64,000 bases of DNA from Acidobacteriota bacterium (GCA_049967655.1 JBMFSH010000002.1:112718-176717), one strand, 5' to 3'; positions 26,420 to 36,416 are shown, counted from the first letter of the stretch. Notes: generated by a model not told the origin, from the letters alone. Program-made: numbers and translations.

Positions 26420-28987
26420 TCAGGTGCGCTCTCCCTCTTGCCGGTCCGGTTTCCTTCGGTCCACGACGGTGAGGAGCGCCACGAGCACGGTGAGGGTGCC
26501 GATCATGCAGAACAGGCTGCCCAGGAGGCTCACGTAGCCCATGCTGCGGAGGCCGGGGTAGGACGACAGGGACATGGAGCCGAAGCCCGCGATGGTGGTG
26601 AGCGCGGCGATGGCGATGGGGTTGCCCGTCTCTTGAATAACCCGGACCATGTTGTGTCCGTCCTCCTCCAGGTACCTGTGAACGAGATAGATGCCGTAAT
26701 CCGAGCCGATGCCGAGTATCATCGTGGTCACGAAGATGTTCATCATGTTGAGCGACTCTCCCATCAGGCGGAGGCTCCCCAGCATCCAGACGAGGCCCAC
26801 CGACAGCGGAACGAGAGAGTACACGGCGGGCCAGAAGGCCCGAAAATCGAACACGATGATCAGGAAGACCAGGAGGGTTCCCACGAGGAAGGCGAGGAGG
26901 GCGTCGTGGCGCACCTGCCTCCGCAGCACCTTGCTGAGGATGTTGATGCCCACCACCTTTGCCTCCGGGTCGGCCGCGTGCACCGTCCGGATCAGCCCCT
27001 GGGGCTCAAACCGCTTGAATTCGTCCGGGATGTAGAGATAGGCCACTCCCCGGTAATGGTCGGGACCCTTCTGGACGATGTATTTTTTGAGGATGGGGGC
27101 CAGTGAGCCCTTCATGAGCTGGTCATAGGTCACCGGCCCGGTGGGATTCAGCATGCGGTGGAGGGTCTTGAGGTAGGGATCGAAGTAGGCCTGATTGAAG
27201 TTGTTGGCCTGGCAGGCGGAATCGAAGACGGACCGGATCCGGTCGTAGGAGAAGGCTCCGCCCTTGTCCTCGTGAAGCACTCGAAGCACCGCTTCCTGGC
27301 TCTTCTCGGTCGGGAGGTAGGTGGAGATGCTGTCGGTGAAGAGGATGTCCCCCGCCTTCACGAACGGCTGCACGGCCTCGACGACCTTCTTGGAAGCCCG
27401 GACCACCCCGTCGGGCGTGGTGGCATCCACGACCACCATCATATAGGTGAGGGAAGCTCCGAACTTCTTCGCCACCTCGGTGCTCACGTTCATCCCCTCG
27501 TTCTTGGGGCTCCTGAGGTTCTGGACGTTGTCGTCCAGGCGAACCCCCAGCGCCAGCACGCCCATCGCCACCGTCACGATGGCCGCCACCGAGAGGGTCC
27601 ACCTGGGATGGCGGTGGGCCCACCGCGCCATTCCCTCGAACCCGAAGCTGTGCATGTGAAAGGTGGGTTCGATCCCCTTGCGCGCCTTGTGGACCTGGTG
27701 GAAGTAGAGCATGGCCGGAAGCAGAACGAACACACTGGCGCAGCAGAACAGGATACCCACGGCCGTGTAGATGCCCACTTGGCGCATGCCGTTGAACTTG
27801 GTCAGAATCATGGCGCCGAAGGTGCAGGCCGTGGTGGCGGCTCCGACCATGACCCCCTTGCCCGTATTGCCCATGATGGAGGCCAGACTCTCCTCGGCGG
27901 TCAGGCCCCGGTTGCGCTCCTCGATGTAGCGCCCGTACATGACGGTCGAGAAGTCGATCCCGAGTCCCACCAGGAGAGCCCCGAAGCCCGCGGTGGCGCT
28001 GTTGAGCGTCACCCCCAGCAGGTGCGCGATGCCGAAGGTGAGAACGAGACCCAGAAGGAGCGGAGCCCATCCGTAGACCAGGGCGCTCTTGCGCCGGAAG
28101 GCCCACAGGAACACGAACATGACGAGGACCACCGAGGTCACCGTGTTGACGAGGGCATCGTGCTTGATCAGGTTGGCGTCGTCCTGGGCGATGGGATAGC
28201 CGCCGCCGTAGCTCACCTTGAGGTACTTGACCTCCCCCGGGTTCTCCTCGCCCCACTGGGCGCGCACCTTGGCCTCCAGGGAGCGGACGGTGCTCATCAG
28301 CTTCTTTCCGTAGGTGATGTTCTGAGCGGGGTGATCGGGGCGCACGATCATGAGGAGGGAGCTGCCGTCCTTGGAGAGGTAGTAGCCGTCGGAGAGGTCC
28401 ACGTTGAGCTGCCGCGTCTTCCCCATGAAGTGGCGCTTGAGAACCGAGAACAGCCCGAACGGATCGTACTGGATCAGCTCCTTGGTCATCAGCGATGCCG
28501 GATTGGAAAGGAACCGCCGGTTATCCGCCACCTGCTTGCGGATCTGGGCGTCCGTGAACCGCGAGCCCACCTCGGGAAGGTCCGACTGGTTCAGATAAAG
28601 GAGCGTGTAGGGAAGCATCTCCTGGATGACGCCCTCGTAATCCTGAAGGCGGTACTCCACGCCCTCCACCATGCCGCTCTTCCGCAAAGCCGCGGCCATT
28701 TCGTCGGCGAATTCCTCGTAGTTGTCGATGGGGTGACCCTTGGGATCCTTGGTCTGCACAAGGATGAACAGGTAGTCGAGGCTCTTGAAGTCGTGCGTGG
28801 CCTCCCGGAAGTTCTCGACGGTAGGATTGTGGCGCGGCAGGAGGTCGAGGATGTCGGAGTCGATCCGGGGAGGCTTGACGATAAAAAAGACCACCACGGA
28901 CACCACGAGAAGCAGGGCGATGCTAAACACCCACCGATAGTGCACGGCGCAACCGCTGGCCAGTTTGCGTAGCAAGGTCTCTCTCAT
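26420..28987 (-). CDS. MMPL/RND family transporter
   Basis: Two repeats of TM + large periplasmic loop + 5 TM. GLGIDF and GIGSDY motifs. Confidence 0.9.
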   Translation of the reverse strand: MRETLLRKLASGCAVHYRWVFSIALLLVVSVVVFFIVKPPRIDSDILDLLPRHNPTVENFREATHDFKSLDYLFILVQTKDPKGHPIDNYEEFADEMAAALRKSGMVEGVEYRLQDYEGVIQEMLPYTLLYLNQSDLPEVGSRFTDAQIRKQVADNRRFLSNPASLMTKELIQYDPFGLFSVLKRHFMGKTRQLNVDLSDGYYLSKDGSSLLMIVRPDHPAQNITYGKKLMSTVRSLEAKVRAQWGEENPGEVKYLKVSYGGGYPIAQDDANLIKHDALVNTVTSVVLVMFVFLWAFRRKSALVYGWAPLLLGLVLTFGIAHLLGVTLNSATAGFGALLVGLGIDFSTVMYGRYIEERNRGLTAEESLASIMGNTGKGVMVGAATTACTFGAMILTKFNGMRQVGIYTAVGILFCCASVFVLLPAMLYFHQVHKARKGIEPTFHMHSFGFEGMARWAHRHPRWTLSVAAIVTVAMGVLALGVRLDDNVQNLRSPKNEGMNVSTEVAKKFGASLTYMMVVVDATTPDGVVRASKKVVEAVQPFVKAGDILFTDSISTYLPTEKSQEAVLRVLHEDKGGAFSYDRIRSVFDSACQANNFNQAYFDPYLKTLHRMLNPTGPVTYDQLMKGSLAPILKKYIVQKGPDHYRGVAYLYIPDEFKRFEPQGLIRTVHAADPEAKVVGINILSKVLRRQVRHDALLAFLVGTLLVFLIIVFDFRAFWPAVYSLVPLSVGLVWMLGSLRLMGESLNMMNIFVTTMILGIGSDYGIYLVHRYLEEDGHNMVRVIQETGNPIAIAALTTIAGFGSMSLSSYPGLRSMGYVSLLGSLFCMIGTLTVLVALLTVVDRRKPDRQEGERT

Positions 28988-29015
28988 GAACCTCTCCTGT
29001 TGTGGCTCCCAGGCT

Positions 29016-29654
29016 TCATAAGAGGGCCTCTCCCTTGATGCGCATGGGCGTGTTCACCGCGCCCGCCGACATGATGAAGGTGAGCCCCTCCTCCACGCTG
29101 ATATCCAGCGGAAGGACCTCATCGGCCGGCAGGATCACGAGGTATCCGGAGGTGGGATTGGGGGTCGTGGGGACGAACACGTTGTAGTGCTCCCGCTGGC
29201 AGCGGGCGTTGAGGTCCCCCTGGGTTGCGCTGGTGATGAAGCCCATGGTCCAGCACCCCTTTCTCGGGAATTCTACCAGGGCGACCCGCTGGAAGCCCTT
29301 CTCCCGCTGGAAGGTTTCGAGCAGTTGCTTGGTGGCCGAATAGATGGGCCTGGCCACCGGCAGGCTCATGAGAAGGCGTTCGAACCCCTGCCACATCCTC
29401 TTGCCCAGATAGGAGCGCACCATCAGGCCGAGGAGCACGAGCAGGGCGACGGTTATGACCAGGGAAGCGGTCTCCGTCACTCCCGCCACGGGCTCATGTC
29501 CGATCCACTGAAAGCCCAGCTTCACGAAGGGGGCGCTCACGGAGACGAGCAACTTGAAGCCGGTGTAGAGGATCCAAGCGGTGACGGCCAGCGGCAAAAC
29601 CAGGACCAGCCCCGTCAGAAAAGAGCGCCGAAGGGCGATCCAGAAACCTCTCAC
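29016..29654 (-). CDS. DUF502 family membrane protein
   Basis: FLTGL..LPLAVT, VALVEFPR and VFVPTTPNPTSGY motifs. Confidence 0.9.
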   Translation of the reverse strand: MRGFWIALRRSFLTGLVLVLPLAVTAWILYTGFKLLVSVSAPFVKLGFQWIGHEPVAGVTETASLVITVALLVLLGLMVRSYLGKRMWQGFERLLMSLPVARPIYSATKQLLETFQREKGFQRVALVEFPRKGCWTMGFITSATQGDLNARCQREHYNVFVPTTPNPTSGYLVILPADEVLPLDISVEEGLTFIMSAGAVNTPMRIKGEALL

Positions 29655-30244
29655 GCCTGGTCCCCGCGGAAGAGGTCAATGCGGCGGGCGAACTTCACGA
29701 AGTACTCCACCATGGAGACGATGGCGATGAAGGCGACGAAATAGAGAAGTCCCACGCCCGCGAACTTGACCCACTCCCAGTCCCGCTGGTTGCCCCAGAT
29801 GATGAAGGAGATGGCCAGGACCTCCACCACCATCTTCCACTTGCCCAGAACCCCCGCGGGGATGGCCACCTGGTGAATGGCCGCGATCATCCTGAGGCCC
29901 GTCACCGTAAACTCGCGACCGATGATGATCACAACCACCCAGGCCTGCGCCAGGTGCAGCTCCACGAGCGAGATGAGGACCGAGGCTATGAGGAGCTTGT
30001 CGGCAATGGGATCGAGGAGCTGCCCCAGGGTGGTCACCTGATTGCGCTTGCGGGCCAGGTAGCCGTCCAGCAGGTCCGTGAGGGAGGCCAGCACGAAGAT
30101 CCCGACGGCCAGTTCCTCGCGGTTGAAGAAGAACCACTTCTCGAAGTGAAATTCGGTGAGCAGGACGACGACCACCAGGGGCACCAGAAAAATCCGGAAC
30201 CCCGTGAGGGTGTTGGGGAGATTGAGGGCTGGATTGTTCTTCAT
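29651..30244 (-). CDS. pgsA: CDP-diacylglycerol--glycerol-3-phosphate 3-phosphatidyltransferase
   Basis: NLPNTLT..RI and TDLLDGYLARK..QVT.LG.LLDPIADK motifs. Confidence 0.93.
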   Translation of the reverse strand: MKNNPALNLPNTLTGFRIFLVPLVVVVLLTEFHFEKWFFFNREELAVGIFVLASLTDLLDGYLARKRNQVTTLGQLLDPIADKLLIASVLISLVELHLAQAWVVVIIIGREFTVTGLRMIAAIHQVAIPAGVLGKWKMVVEVLAISFIIWGNQRDWEWVKFAGVGLLYFVAFIAIVSMVEYFVKFARRIDLFRGDQA

Positions 30245-30355
30245 GGCCGACCGCCGATCCCGCCCATCTCCGAGGGCACATCCCCCTCCTCGAAAGGCCT
30301 TCGCCGGCCGCGGTTGCGGCGGCTCTTTCGCCCGAACGGCGGGGTATTCACGACG

Positions 30356-31903
30356 CTACCTCGGCCGCTTCCGGCGGTCCAGGTCGAACCGCTCGATCAT
30401 CTTGATCAGCCCTCGGCGCGTGATACCCAGGTCCTCCGCGGCGCGGGTCTTGTTCCAGCGGTACTTCTGGAGGGCCTCAAGCAGCATCTTCCGCTGGATG
30501 GCGTCCAGGGACTCCTTCAGGCGGTTGCCACCGGCGGCGTTGGAGAGGAGCGCGGCCTGCTGAATGACCTCCGAGAGGTGGTGGGCCGTCACCATCTCGC
30601 CGTCGTTCAGGAGGATGGCCAGGCGCTCCATCTCGTTCTTGAGCTGGCGCACGTTCCCGGGCCAGTGATAGGCCGTGAGCACGTCCACGGCGTCCTTCTC
30701 GAACCCCACGTGCCTCCTGCCCAGCTTGCCCGCGAAGAGGGTCAGGAAGTGTCTGGCCAGCAGCGGGATGTCCTCCTTGCGGTCCCTCATGGGCGGAAGC
30801 TTGATGGTGACCACGTTGAGGCGGTAGAAGAGGTCCTCTCGGAACAGACCGCGCTGGATCTGGTCCTGGAGGTCCTTGTTGGTGGCCGACAGAATGCGCA
30901 CGTCCACCTTCCGCAACTGGTTGTCCCCTATCCGTCGGATCTCGCCCTCCTGAAGTGCCCGAAGGATCTTGGCCTGGGAGGAGAGGGAGAGGTCTCCGAT
31001 CTCGTCCAGGAGCAGGGTCCCCCCGTCGGCCACCTCGAAGAGGCCCGGCTTGTCGTGGGTTGCCCCCGTGTAGGAGCCCTTCTTATAGCCGAACAGCTCG
31101 CTTTCGAGAAGGGTTTCCGGAAGGGAGGCGCAATTCTGGGTGATGAACTTCTTGTCCCGCCGTGGAGACTTGTAGTGGATGGCCCTGGCGATGAGCTCCT
31201 TGCCCGTGCCGCTCTCGCCCATGATCAGGACGGAGACGTTGCTGGCGGCCACCAGCTCCACGGTTTCGAGGATGGAGATGATCTTCGGCGAGTTGGAGAT
31301 GATCTCAGGGAACCCCTGTTCCGCCGAGACGATCTGGCGGAGGTAGCTGTTCTCCAGGCGGAAGCTCTCGCGCTCCTGCGCGGTCTGGACGGCCGAGGAG
31401 GAGAGGTCGACGAAGGACTTCAGGAAGAGGTAGTCCCTCTCGGTGAAGGCTCCCGGGAGCTTGCCGTGGTCCACGTACAGCGCGCCCAGGAGCGCATCCC
31501 CGTGGATCAGCGGCAGGCAGAGCACGGAGAGGATGTTGTAGTGGATCGCGCTCTCGCTCTGGAAGCGGGGATCGGTCTGGGCGTTGGCGGCGAGGATGCC
31601 CTCCTTCCTGTTGATGGCGGATTGCACCACCGACAGGGCCACCTTCTGGGCGTCCACCAGCTCGTCGGGATACAGGGACCGAGCCACCGTCGGATAGAGA
31701 TCCCCGTGCCGGTCCCGCAGGAACACCACCCCCCTCTCGGCGTGAAGGTGCTGGATGGCCAGGTCGACCAGGTTCTGGAGGAGGGGCTCCAATTCGGTGA
31801 AGGAGTGGACCACGTAGGCCAGACGGTAGAGCGTTTCCAGATCCTGGCGGCCTTCTGGAATGGGCGGCTCTTCCGCTGTCTGGCCCAGGATCTCCTCAGT
31901 CAT
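30356..31903 (-). CDS. GAF domain sigma54-dependent transcriptional activator (Fis-type HTH)
   Basis: N-terminal GAF, GESGTGKE, ESELFG..KGSYTGA, LLDEIG, FREDLFYRLNV, WPGNVRQL and NKTRAAEDLGI. ATGA overlap with the upstream gene. Confidence 0.92.
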   Translation of the reverse strand: MTEEILGQTAEEPPIPEGRQDLETLYRLAYVVHSFTELEPLLQNLVDLAIQHLHAERGVVFLRDRHGDLYPTVARSLYPDELVDAQKVALSVVQSAINRKEGILAANAQTDPRFQSESAIHYNILSVLCLPLIHGDALLGALYVDHGKLPGAFTERDYLFLKSFVDLSSSAVQTAQERESFRLENSYLRQIVSAEQGFPEIISNSPKIISILETVELVAASNVSVLIMGESGTGKELIARAIHYKSPRRDKKFITQNCASLPETLLESELFGYKKGSYTGATHDKPGLFEVADGGTLLLDEIGDLSLSSQAKILRALQEGEIRRIGDNQLRKVDVRILSATNKDLQDQIQRGLFREDLFYRLNVVTIKLPPMRDRKEDIPLLARHFLTLFAGKLGRRHVGFEKDAVDVLTAYHWPGNVRQLKNEMERLAILLNDGEMVTAHHLSEVIQQAALLSNAAGGNRLKESLDAIQRKMLLEALQKYRWNKTRAAEDLGITRRGLIKMIERFDLDRRKRPR

Positions 31904-32646
31904 GCCTTCGCCTTGAGGTCCTGCAGTTTGGCCTCCACCCGCTTGACCAGCGGGTCGTCCTTGGCCTTGTCGCCCGTCACGGTCTTCTGGACCATTTGAT
32001 AGGCCTCTATGGCTTTCGCCTTCTCCGAGCGCCGCTCGTAAAACTGACCCAACTCCCAATACCCCTCGCCCTTCGGCCACGTGGGGTTGTTCAGGGTGGC
32101 CAGCGTCTTCCAGTCCTGCTCCGCCTTGTCCCACTGCTTAGAGGACTCGTAGAGGCGCGCGCGCAGGTTCAGCGCCAGCGGGGCCAGGTTGCCTTGCGTG
32201 AGAGGAGAGACCGTGGCGATGGCCTCGGGAAGGTTTCCCGAATCGGCCTGGACCAAAGCCTTGTAATAGGTGGCCAGCCCATCGGTCGCCCCGAAGCCCA
32301 CCTGACTCCGAAGGGCCTGGAGGCGCGCCTGGACCTCTTGGAGCTTCTGGGCCTCGGAGGTGAAGGAGAGCTGGCCCGCGGGGGCGCTCTTGCCCTTCTC
32401 CTCGATGGGCGCCGTGTAGGCCTCCATCACCCGAGCCATGAGGTAGGAGGCTTTGGCCTGCCGGCTCTCGTGACGGGACCAGAGCGCGAAGGCTCCCAAA
32501 CCCACCACCAGGAGCGCGAGGAGGGCCGCCGCGTAAACCTTCCAGTGCCGTTCCATGTTGGCGATGGTGCCGAAATAGAACTCCGACAGCAGGTCGCGGA
32601 ATTCGTCCTCTCTCATGTCCCGTTTGGTGAGTTTCTTGCTGACCAT
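31900..32646 (-). CDS. Membrane-anchored TPR protein (YfgM-like)
   Basis: Basic N-terminus, one TM helix, helical TPR-like repeats. GAGGAG RBS. Confidence 0.7.
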   Translation of the reverse strand: MVSKKLTKRDMREDEFRDLLSEFYFGTIANMERHWKVYAAALLALLVVGLGAFALWSRHESRQAKASYLMARVMEAYTAPIEEKGKSAPAGQLSFTSEAQKLQEVQARLQALRSQVGFGATDGLATYYKALVQADSGNLPEAIATVSPLTQGNLAPLALNLRARLYESSKQWDKAEQDWKTLATLNNPTWPKGEGYWELGQFYERRSEKAKAIEAYQMVQKTVTGDKAKDDPLVKRVEAKLQDLKAKA

Positions 32647-32666
32647 TTCTTCTCCTCTGAGTGTGT

Positions 32667-32743
32667 TGGTGTGCCTGGCGGGAGTTGAACCCACGACCCC
32701 CTGCTTAGGAGGCAGGTGCTCTATCCAACTGAGCTACAGGCAC
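32667..32743 (-). tRNA. tRNA-Arg(CCT)
   Basis: GTGCCTGTAGCTCAGTTGGATAGAGCACCTGCCT-CCT-AAGCAGGGGGTCGTGGGTTCAACTCCCGCCAGGCACACCA folds as a cloverleaf with encoded CCA. Confidence 0.97.
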
Positions 32744-32763
32744 ATACCAGGCCAAAAGGCCGC

Positions 32764-33051
32764 TCAGTATTGTATAGTAAAGCTCCCGGCCTTTTCAAGG
32801 GATTTTGAGGGAGGGAAGGCCTCCAGCCGGTCCACCCTGGCGTGGCCGGGACCCGCGCGCAGGGCGGTCTCCAACGCCGCGACGGCGGACCACGGGCCCC
32901 GCGCCTGCACTTCCACCGTCCCGTCCATGAGGTTGCGGGTCCAGCCCGTGAGGCCCAGGGAGAGAGCCGTGCGCGCAACGAAATAGCGGAAGCCCACCCC
33001 CTGAACCCTGCCGTGCACGTACCAGGCCGCCGAACGCCACTGCTCGTCCAT
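32764..33051 (-). CDS. acyP: Acylphosphatase
   Basis: VHGRVQGVGFR and GWTRNLMDGTVEV motifs. Confidence 0.92.
   Translation of the reverse strand: MDEQWRSAAWYVHGRVQGVGFRYFVARTALSLGLTGWTRNLMDGTVEVQARGPWSAVAALETALRAGPGHARVDRLEAFPPSKSLEKAGSFTIQY
32769..32798 (-). promoter_or_regulatory. Promoter for tRNA-Arg
   Basis: TTGAAA-18 nt-TACAAT upstream of the tRNA, inside the 3' end of the acylphosphatase gene. Confidence 0.6.
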
Positions 33052-33116
33052 GGCACGATTGTAGGATCCCGCCTTACGAGGAGGCAACGGCACGCCGCCT
33101 TTCCCGGTCGGTGGAG

Positions 33117-33125
33117 TGATATAAT
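33117..33125 (+). promoter_or_regulatory. Extended -10 promoter for the lipoprotein-dapF operon
   Basis: TG-A-TATAAT about 20 nt upstream of GTG 33147, with GGAGG between. Confidence 0.6.
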
Positions 33126-33146
33126 GTCTCTGGGAGGTCCAGTACC

Positions 33147-33305
33147 GTGCGGAATCGGCTCTTTGCCTTCATCCTACTGGTGATCTTCGCCATGCTGCTC
33201 TCCTCCTGCGGACGAAAGGGGGATCCGAGCCCCAGGCGGGACCTGCACCGCCAGGTGAACCCGCCCTCACCCGCCGCTCCGCCGGACAACCCTTCCCATG
33301 GCTGA
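33147..33305 (+). CDS. Small lipoprotein, LptM/YifL-like (52 aa)
   Basis: Not in the ORF track. MRNRLFAFILLVIFAMLLSS-CGRKGDPSP has a lipobox and a CGxKG motif. Overlaps the dapF start. Confidence 0.8.
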   Translation: MRNRLFAFILLVIFAMLLSSCGRKGDPSPRRDLHRQVNPPSPAAPPDNPSHG

Positions 33306-34140
33306 GGACCTCGAGTTCTACAAGATCACGGGAGCCGGCAACGACTTCATCGTGGGCGACAACCGCCACGGGCGGTGGGCTGCTCATCCCCTCGAACGGC
33401 TCTCCCGAGGGCTGTGCCGCCGCGCTCTGTCGGTGGGCGCGGACGGCTTGATCCTCATCGAGAACTCCAACCGTGCCCGCTTCCGGATCCGGATCTTCAA
33501 CAGCGACGGCACGCAGACTCGCATGTGCGGGAACGGCGCCCGCTGCGCGGCCCGGTTCGCCTTTCTCAAAGTCATCGCCGGCCGCCAAATGACCATGGAG
33601 ACTCCATCGGGCGTCCTGGAGGCCGAAATTCTCTCTAACGGAGCCGTTCGCGTGGAGATCCCGGGCTTGGCGGAGAACCCTCGCAGGCTGGAGATCACCG
33701 GCGGCGGGCGGCGAATCCCTTGCCTCTTGACCCACACGGGCGTCCCTCACGCCGTGGTGTTCGTGAAAGACGTGGAGAAGGTCCCGGTGGCGAACCTGGG
33801 AGCGATGCTTCGACGGGCCCCCGAATTGGGCGCCGAGGGCGCCAACGTGGACTTCGTTTCCGTTGAAGGCGGCCCTCCCTTCCCCTTGCGGACCTTCGAG
33901 CGGGGAGTGGAGGGCGAGACGCTGGCCTGCGGCACGGGCGTCACTGCGGCGGCCTGGGTCCTGCGGCACCTCGGCAAAGCTGGGGACCGGGTGGAGATGA
34001 GGGTTCGCTCGGGCCAGGTGCTCGTCGTGGAGATCGACCCATCCAGGGTGGGCAAGCCCCTGTTCCGGCTCACCGGGGAGGCGCGCGTGGTCTACCGGGG
34101 CTACCTCTCGCAAGAATCCCTCTTGGAGGCGCTGGCATGA
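33298..34140 (+). CDS. dapF: Diaminopimelate epimerase
   Basis: GAGNDF, GADG, FNSDG..MCGNG.RC, GVPH and ERGVEGETLACGTG motifs. Confidence 0.96.
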   Translation: MAEDLEFYKITGAGNDFIVGDNRHGRWAAHPLERLSRGLCRRALSVGADGLILIENSNRARFRIRIFNSDGTQTRMCGNGARCAARFAFLKVIAGRQMTMETPSGVLEAEILSNGAVRVEIPGLAENPRRLEITGGGRRIPCLLTHTGVPHAVVFVKDVEKVPVANLGAMLRRAPELGAEGANVDFVSVEGGPPFPLRTFERGVEGETLACGTGVTAAAWVLRHLGKAGDRVEMRVRSGQVLVVEIDPSRVGKPLFRLTGEARVVYRGYLSQESLLEALA

Positions 34141-34865
34141 CGTTCGGACGGGTGTTCTGGCTCGGGCGTGAACTGGACGTGACGCGGGACGAGGGAGGTA
34201 GGGTCTGGACGGTGGATCACCGGGAGGTGCCGCTCTCCGAGGCCGAACTTCTGGCGCCCGTGGTTCCAAGCAAGATCGTGTGCGTCGGCCGCAACTACCG
34301 CGAGCACGCCAAGGAGCTGGGCAATCCGATGCCCGCGGAGCCCCTTCTCTTTCTCAAGGCCCCCTCATCGGTCCTCGCACCCAACGGGACCATCGAACTC
34401 CCTCCCGAGTCCGGCCAGGTGGAATACGAAGGCGAGATAGCCCTGGTCATGGCCCGCGCCTGCCGGAGGCTTGGCCCCCAGGAGGACCCCCTGGCCTACG
34501 TCGCGGGAGTGACCCCATTGAACGACGTCACCGCCAGAGACCTCCAGAAGAGGGACGTGCAGTTCACCCGGGCGAAATCCTTCGACACCTTCTGCCCCTT
34601 CGGCCCGTGGGTGGTGCCCATCGGTGATCCGCAGGAGCTCTCGGTCCGGACCACCCTCAACGGGGCCGTGGTTCAGGAGGGGTGGGCGCGGGACATGGCT
34701 TTCCCCATTCCTTTCTTGATCCGCGCGATCTCCCAGGTGATGACGCTGTTTCCGGGCGACGTGATCGCCACCGGAACTCCCTCGGGAGTCGGCAGGCTGG
34801 CCCCGCGGGATCGGATCTGCGTGGAGGTCGCCGGTGTCCGTCTGGAGAACGTCGTGGGGGAGTGA
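34137..34865 (+). CDS. Fumarylacetoacetate hydrolase family protein
   Basis: KIVCVGRNY.EH, EYEGE, NDVTARD, AKSFDTFCP and GDVIATGTP motifs. Confidence 0.92.
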   Translation: MTFGRVFWLGRELDVTRDEGGRVWTVDHREVPLSEAELLAPVVPSKIVCVGRNYREHAKELGNPMPAEPLLFLKAPSSVLAPNGTIELPPESGQVEYEGEIALVMARACRRLGPQEDPLAYVAGVTPLNDVTARDLQKRDVQFTRAKSFDTFCPFGPWVVPIGDPQELSVRTTLNGAVVQEGWARDMAFPIPFLIRAISQVMTLFPGDVIATGTPSGVGRLAPRDRICVEVAGVRLENVVGE

Positions 34866-34871
34866 GCCATT

Positions 34872-36416
34872 ATGCGCGACAGAACCGACCCCCACGGCAC
34901 CACCGACCCATACGCCCATCTCCAGGCTCTCGCGGACGCCTGCGATTGCGCCGTCCTCGCCTGCCTGGGTGACGGGAAGGTCGCGGCCGCCAACGGCGAG
35001 GCGGAGAGGCTTCTGGGTTGGACCCGACACGAGCTGATCGGCCGCCGCCTAGCCTCGGAACTGGCTCTCCTGGCGGAGGAGCCTTCCCACCCGGGCGGCA
35101 CCGCCGCCCCTACCGAGGAGCGCCTCCCGCTGAAGCTGAGAGACGGGAGCCGCAGGATCTTCTCGGTCCGAATCGCCTCCCTGCCCCCGAGGGCCCCGGG
35201 AGACTCGGCCACGCTCTGGATCGGCCTTCGGGATCCCGACACGGCGGGGTTGAAGGAGCGGTTGCGGGACCTCAACGGCCAGCTCGGCGTCTTTCTGGAC
35301 CACGCAACGGACGTGATCTTCCGGCTGGATGCCCGCGGGCGCCTGACCTTCGCCAATCCGGCCGCACGAACCGTCCTCGGCCATGAGCCGGCACAGTGGA
35401 TAGGACGTGAGCTTGAGCTCGCGCAGTTTCTCCCCCCCGAGGAAATCGACCGACTCAATCTGGGCGGGGCCGTCCGGCTTTTTCGGGAGGGATTCAAGAA
35501 CCGCCTCCTCCGGGTTCGTCGGAAGGACGGGAGCACCTTCTGGGGGCTTCTCACCCTGGCTCCCACGCGCTATAGAAACCGCCGCTCCCTTCTGGGCGTA
35601 CTCCGGGACGTCAGCGAGTTCTACCAGACCCGGGAGGCCCTCGTGCAGCAGCACTTGGAGCTCCAGCAGACGGTCGCCCAGCTCGAGGAGGCGGGCCGCC
35701 TCCAGGAGCAGTTCGTGGCGAACATCACTCACGAGCTGCGCACGCCGGTCACGGCGATCCTCATGGCCTGCGAGCTCCTCCAGCGGGATGCCCGCGAACT
35801 TTCGAGGGACCAGGAGGTACGCCACCTCGCCCTCATTCACCGAAACGCCACCACCCTCCTGGGCACCATCAACGGCCTGCTGGATCTGGCCAAGCTCAAG
35901 AGAAACGCCTTCCTGCCCAGGCCCCGTCCCTTTCCGCTGCGAGCCTTCCTCGAAGGGGTGACCGAGGAGGTGGAACCGCTCTTCGTGCAGAAGGGGCTGA
36001 CGCTCAGCCGCGATTTTCCGTTCGATCTGCCCGAGCAGATCTCGTCCGACCCGGAACTGCTGCACAAGGTGCTGGCCAATCTGCTGAGCAACGCCTTCAA
36101 GTTCACCCAACAGGGTGGAGCCGCCTTCTCCGCGCGTTGCAGCGACCGCCTCCTCCGCGTAAGCGTGGCCGATTCGGGGCCGGGCATCCCCCGGGACCAG
36201 CTCGGTCTCATCTTCCAGGAATTTCGCCAGGTGGACGGATCCGACTCCAGGGTCTACCCGGGAAGCGGCCTGGGGCTCGCCATCGCGGATCGCCTGACGC
36301 GGCTGCTGGGCGGGAGCATCGAGGTGACCTCCGTTCCGGGCGAGGGGTCCGTCTTCACGGTCGTCCTGCCGCTGGAGCCTCCGGCCCGGAGGCGCCGGGC
36401 CCAGGGGAGCGCATGA
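34872..36416 (+). CDS. Cytoplasmic PAS-PAS sensor histidine kinase
   Basis: Two PAS domains, H-box THELRTP, NLLSNAFKFT, DSGPGI and GSGLGL. No adjacent response regulator. Confidence 0.92.
   Translation: MRDRTDPHGTTDPYAHLQALADACDCAVLACLGDGKVAAANGEAERLLGWTRHELIGRRLASELALLAEEPSHPGGTAAPTEERLPLKLRDGSRRIFSVRIASLPPRAPGDSATLWIGLRDPDTAGLKERLRDLNGQLGVFLDHATDVIFRLDARGRLTFANPAARTVLGHEPAQWIGRELELAQFLPPEEIDRLNLGGAVRLFREGFKNRLLRVRRKDGSTFWGLLTLAPTRYRNRRSLLGVLRDVSEFYQTREALVQQHLELQQTVAQLEEAGRLQEQFVANITHELRTPVTAILMACELLQRDARELSRDQEVRHLALIHRNATTLLGTINGLLDLAKLKRNAFLPRPRPFPLRAFLEGVTEEVEPLFVQKGLTLSRDFPFDLPEQISSDPELLHKVLANLLSNAFKFTQQGGAAFSARCSDRLLRVSVADSGPGIPRDQLGLIFQEFRQVDGSDSRVYPGSGLGLAIADRLTRLLGGSIEVTSVPGEGSVFTVVLPLEPPARRRRAQGSA

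Noticed and set aside
32647..32700. Integrated element at the tRNA-Arg 3' end
   Set aside because: No integrase, no duplicated tRNA 3' end noticed in the window, and housekeeping genes follow immediately.
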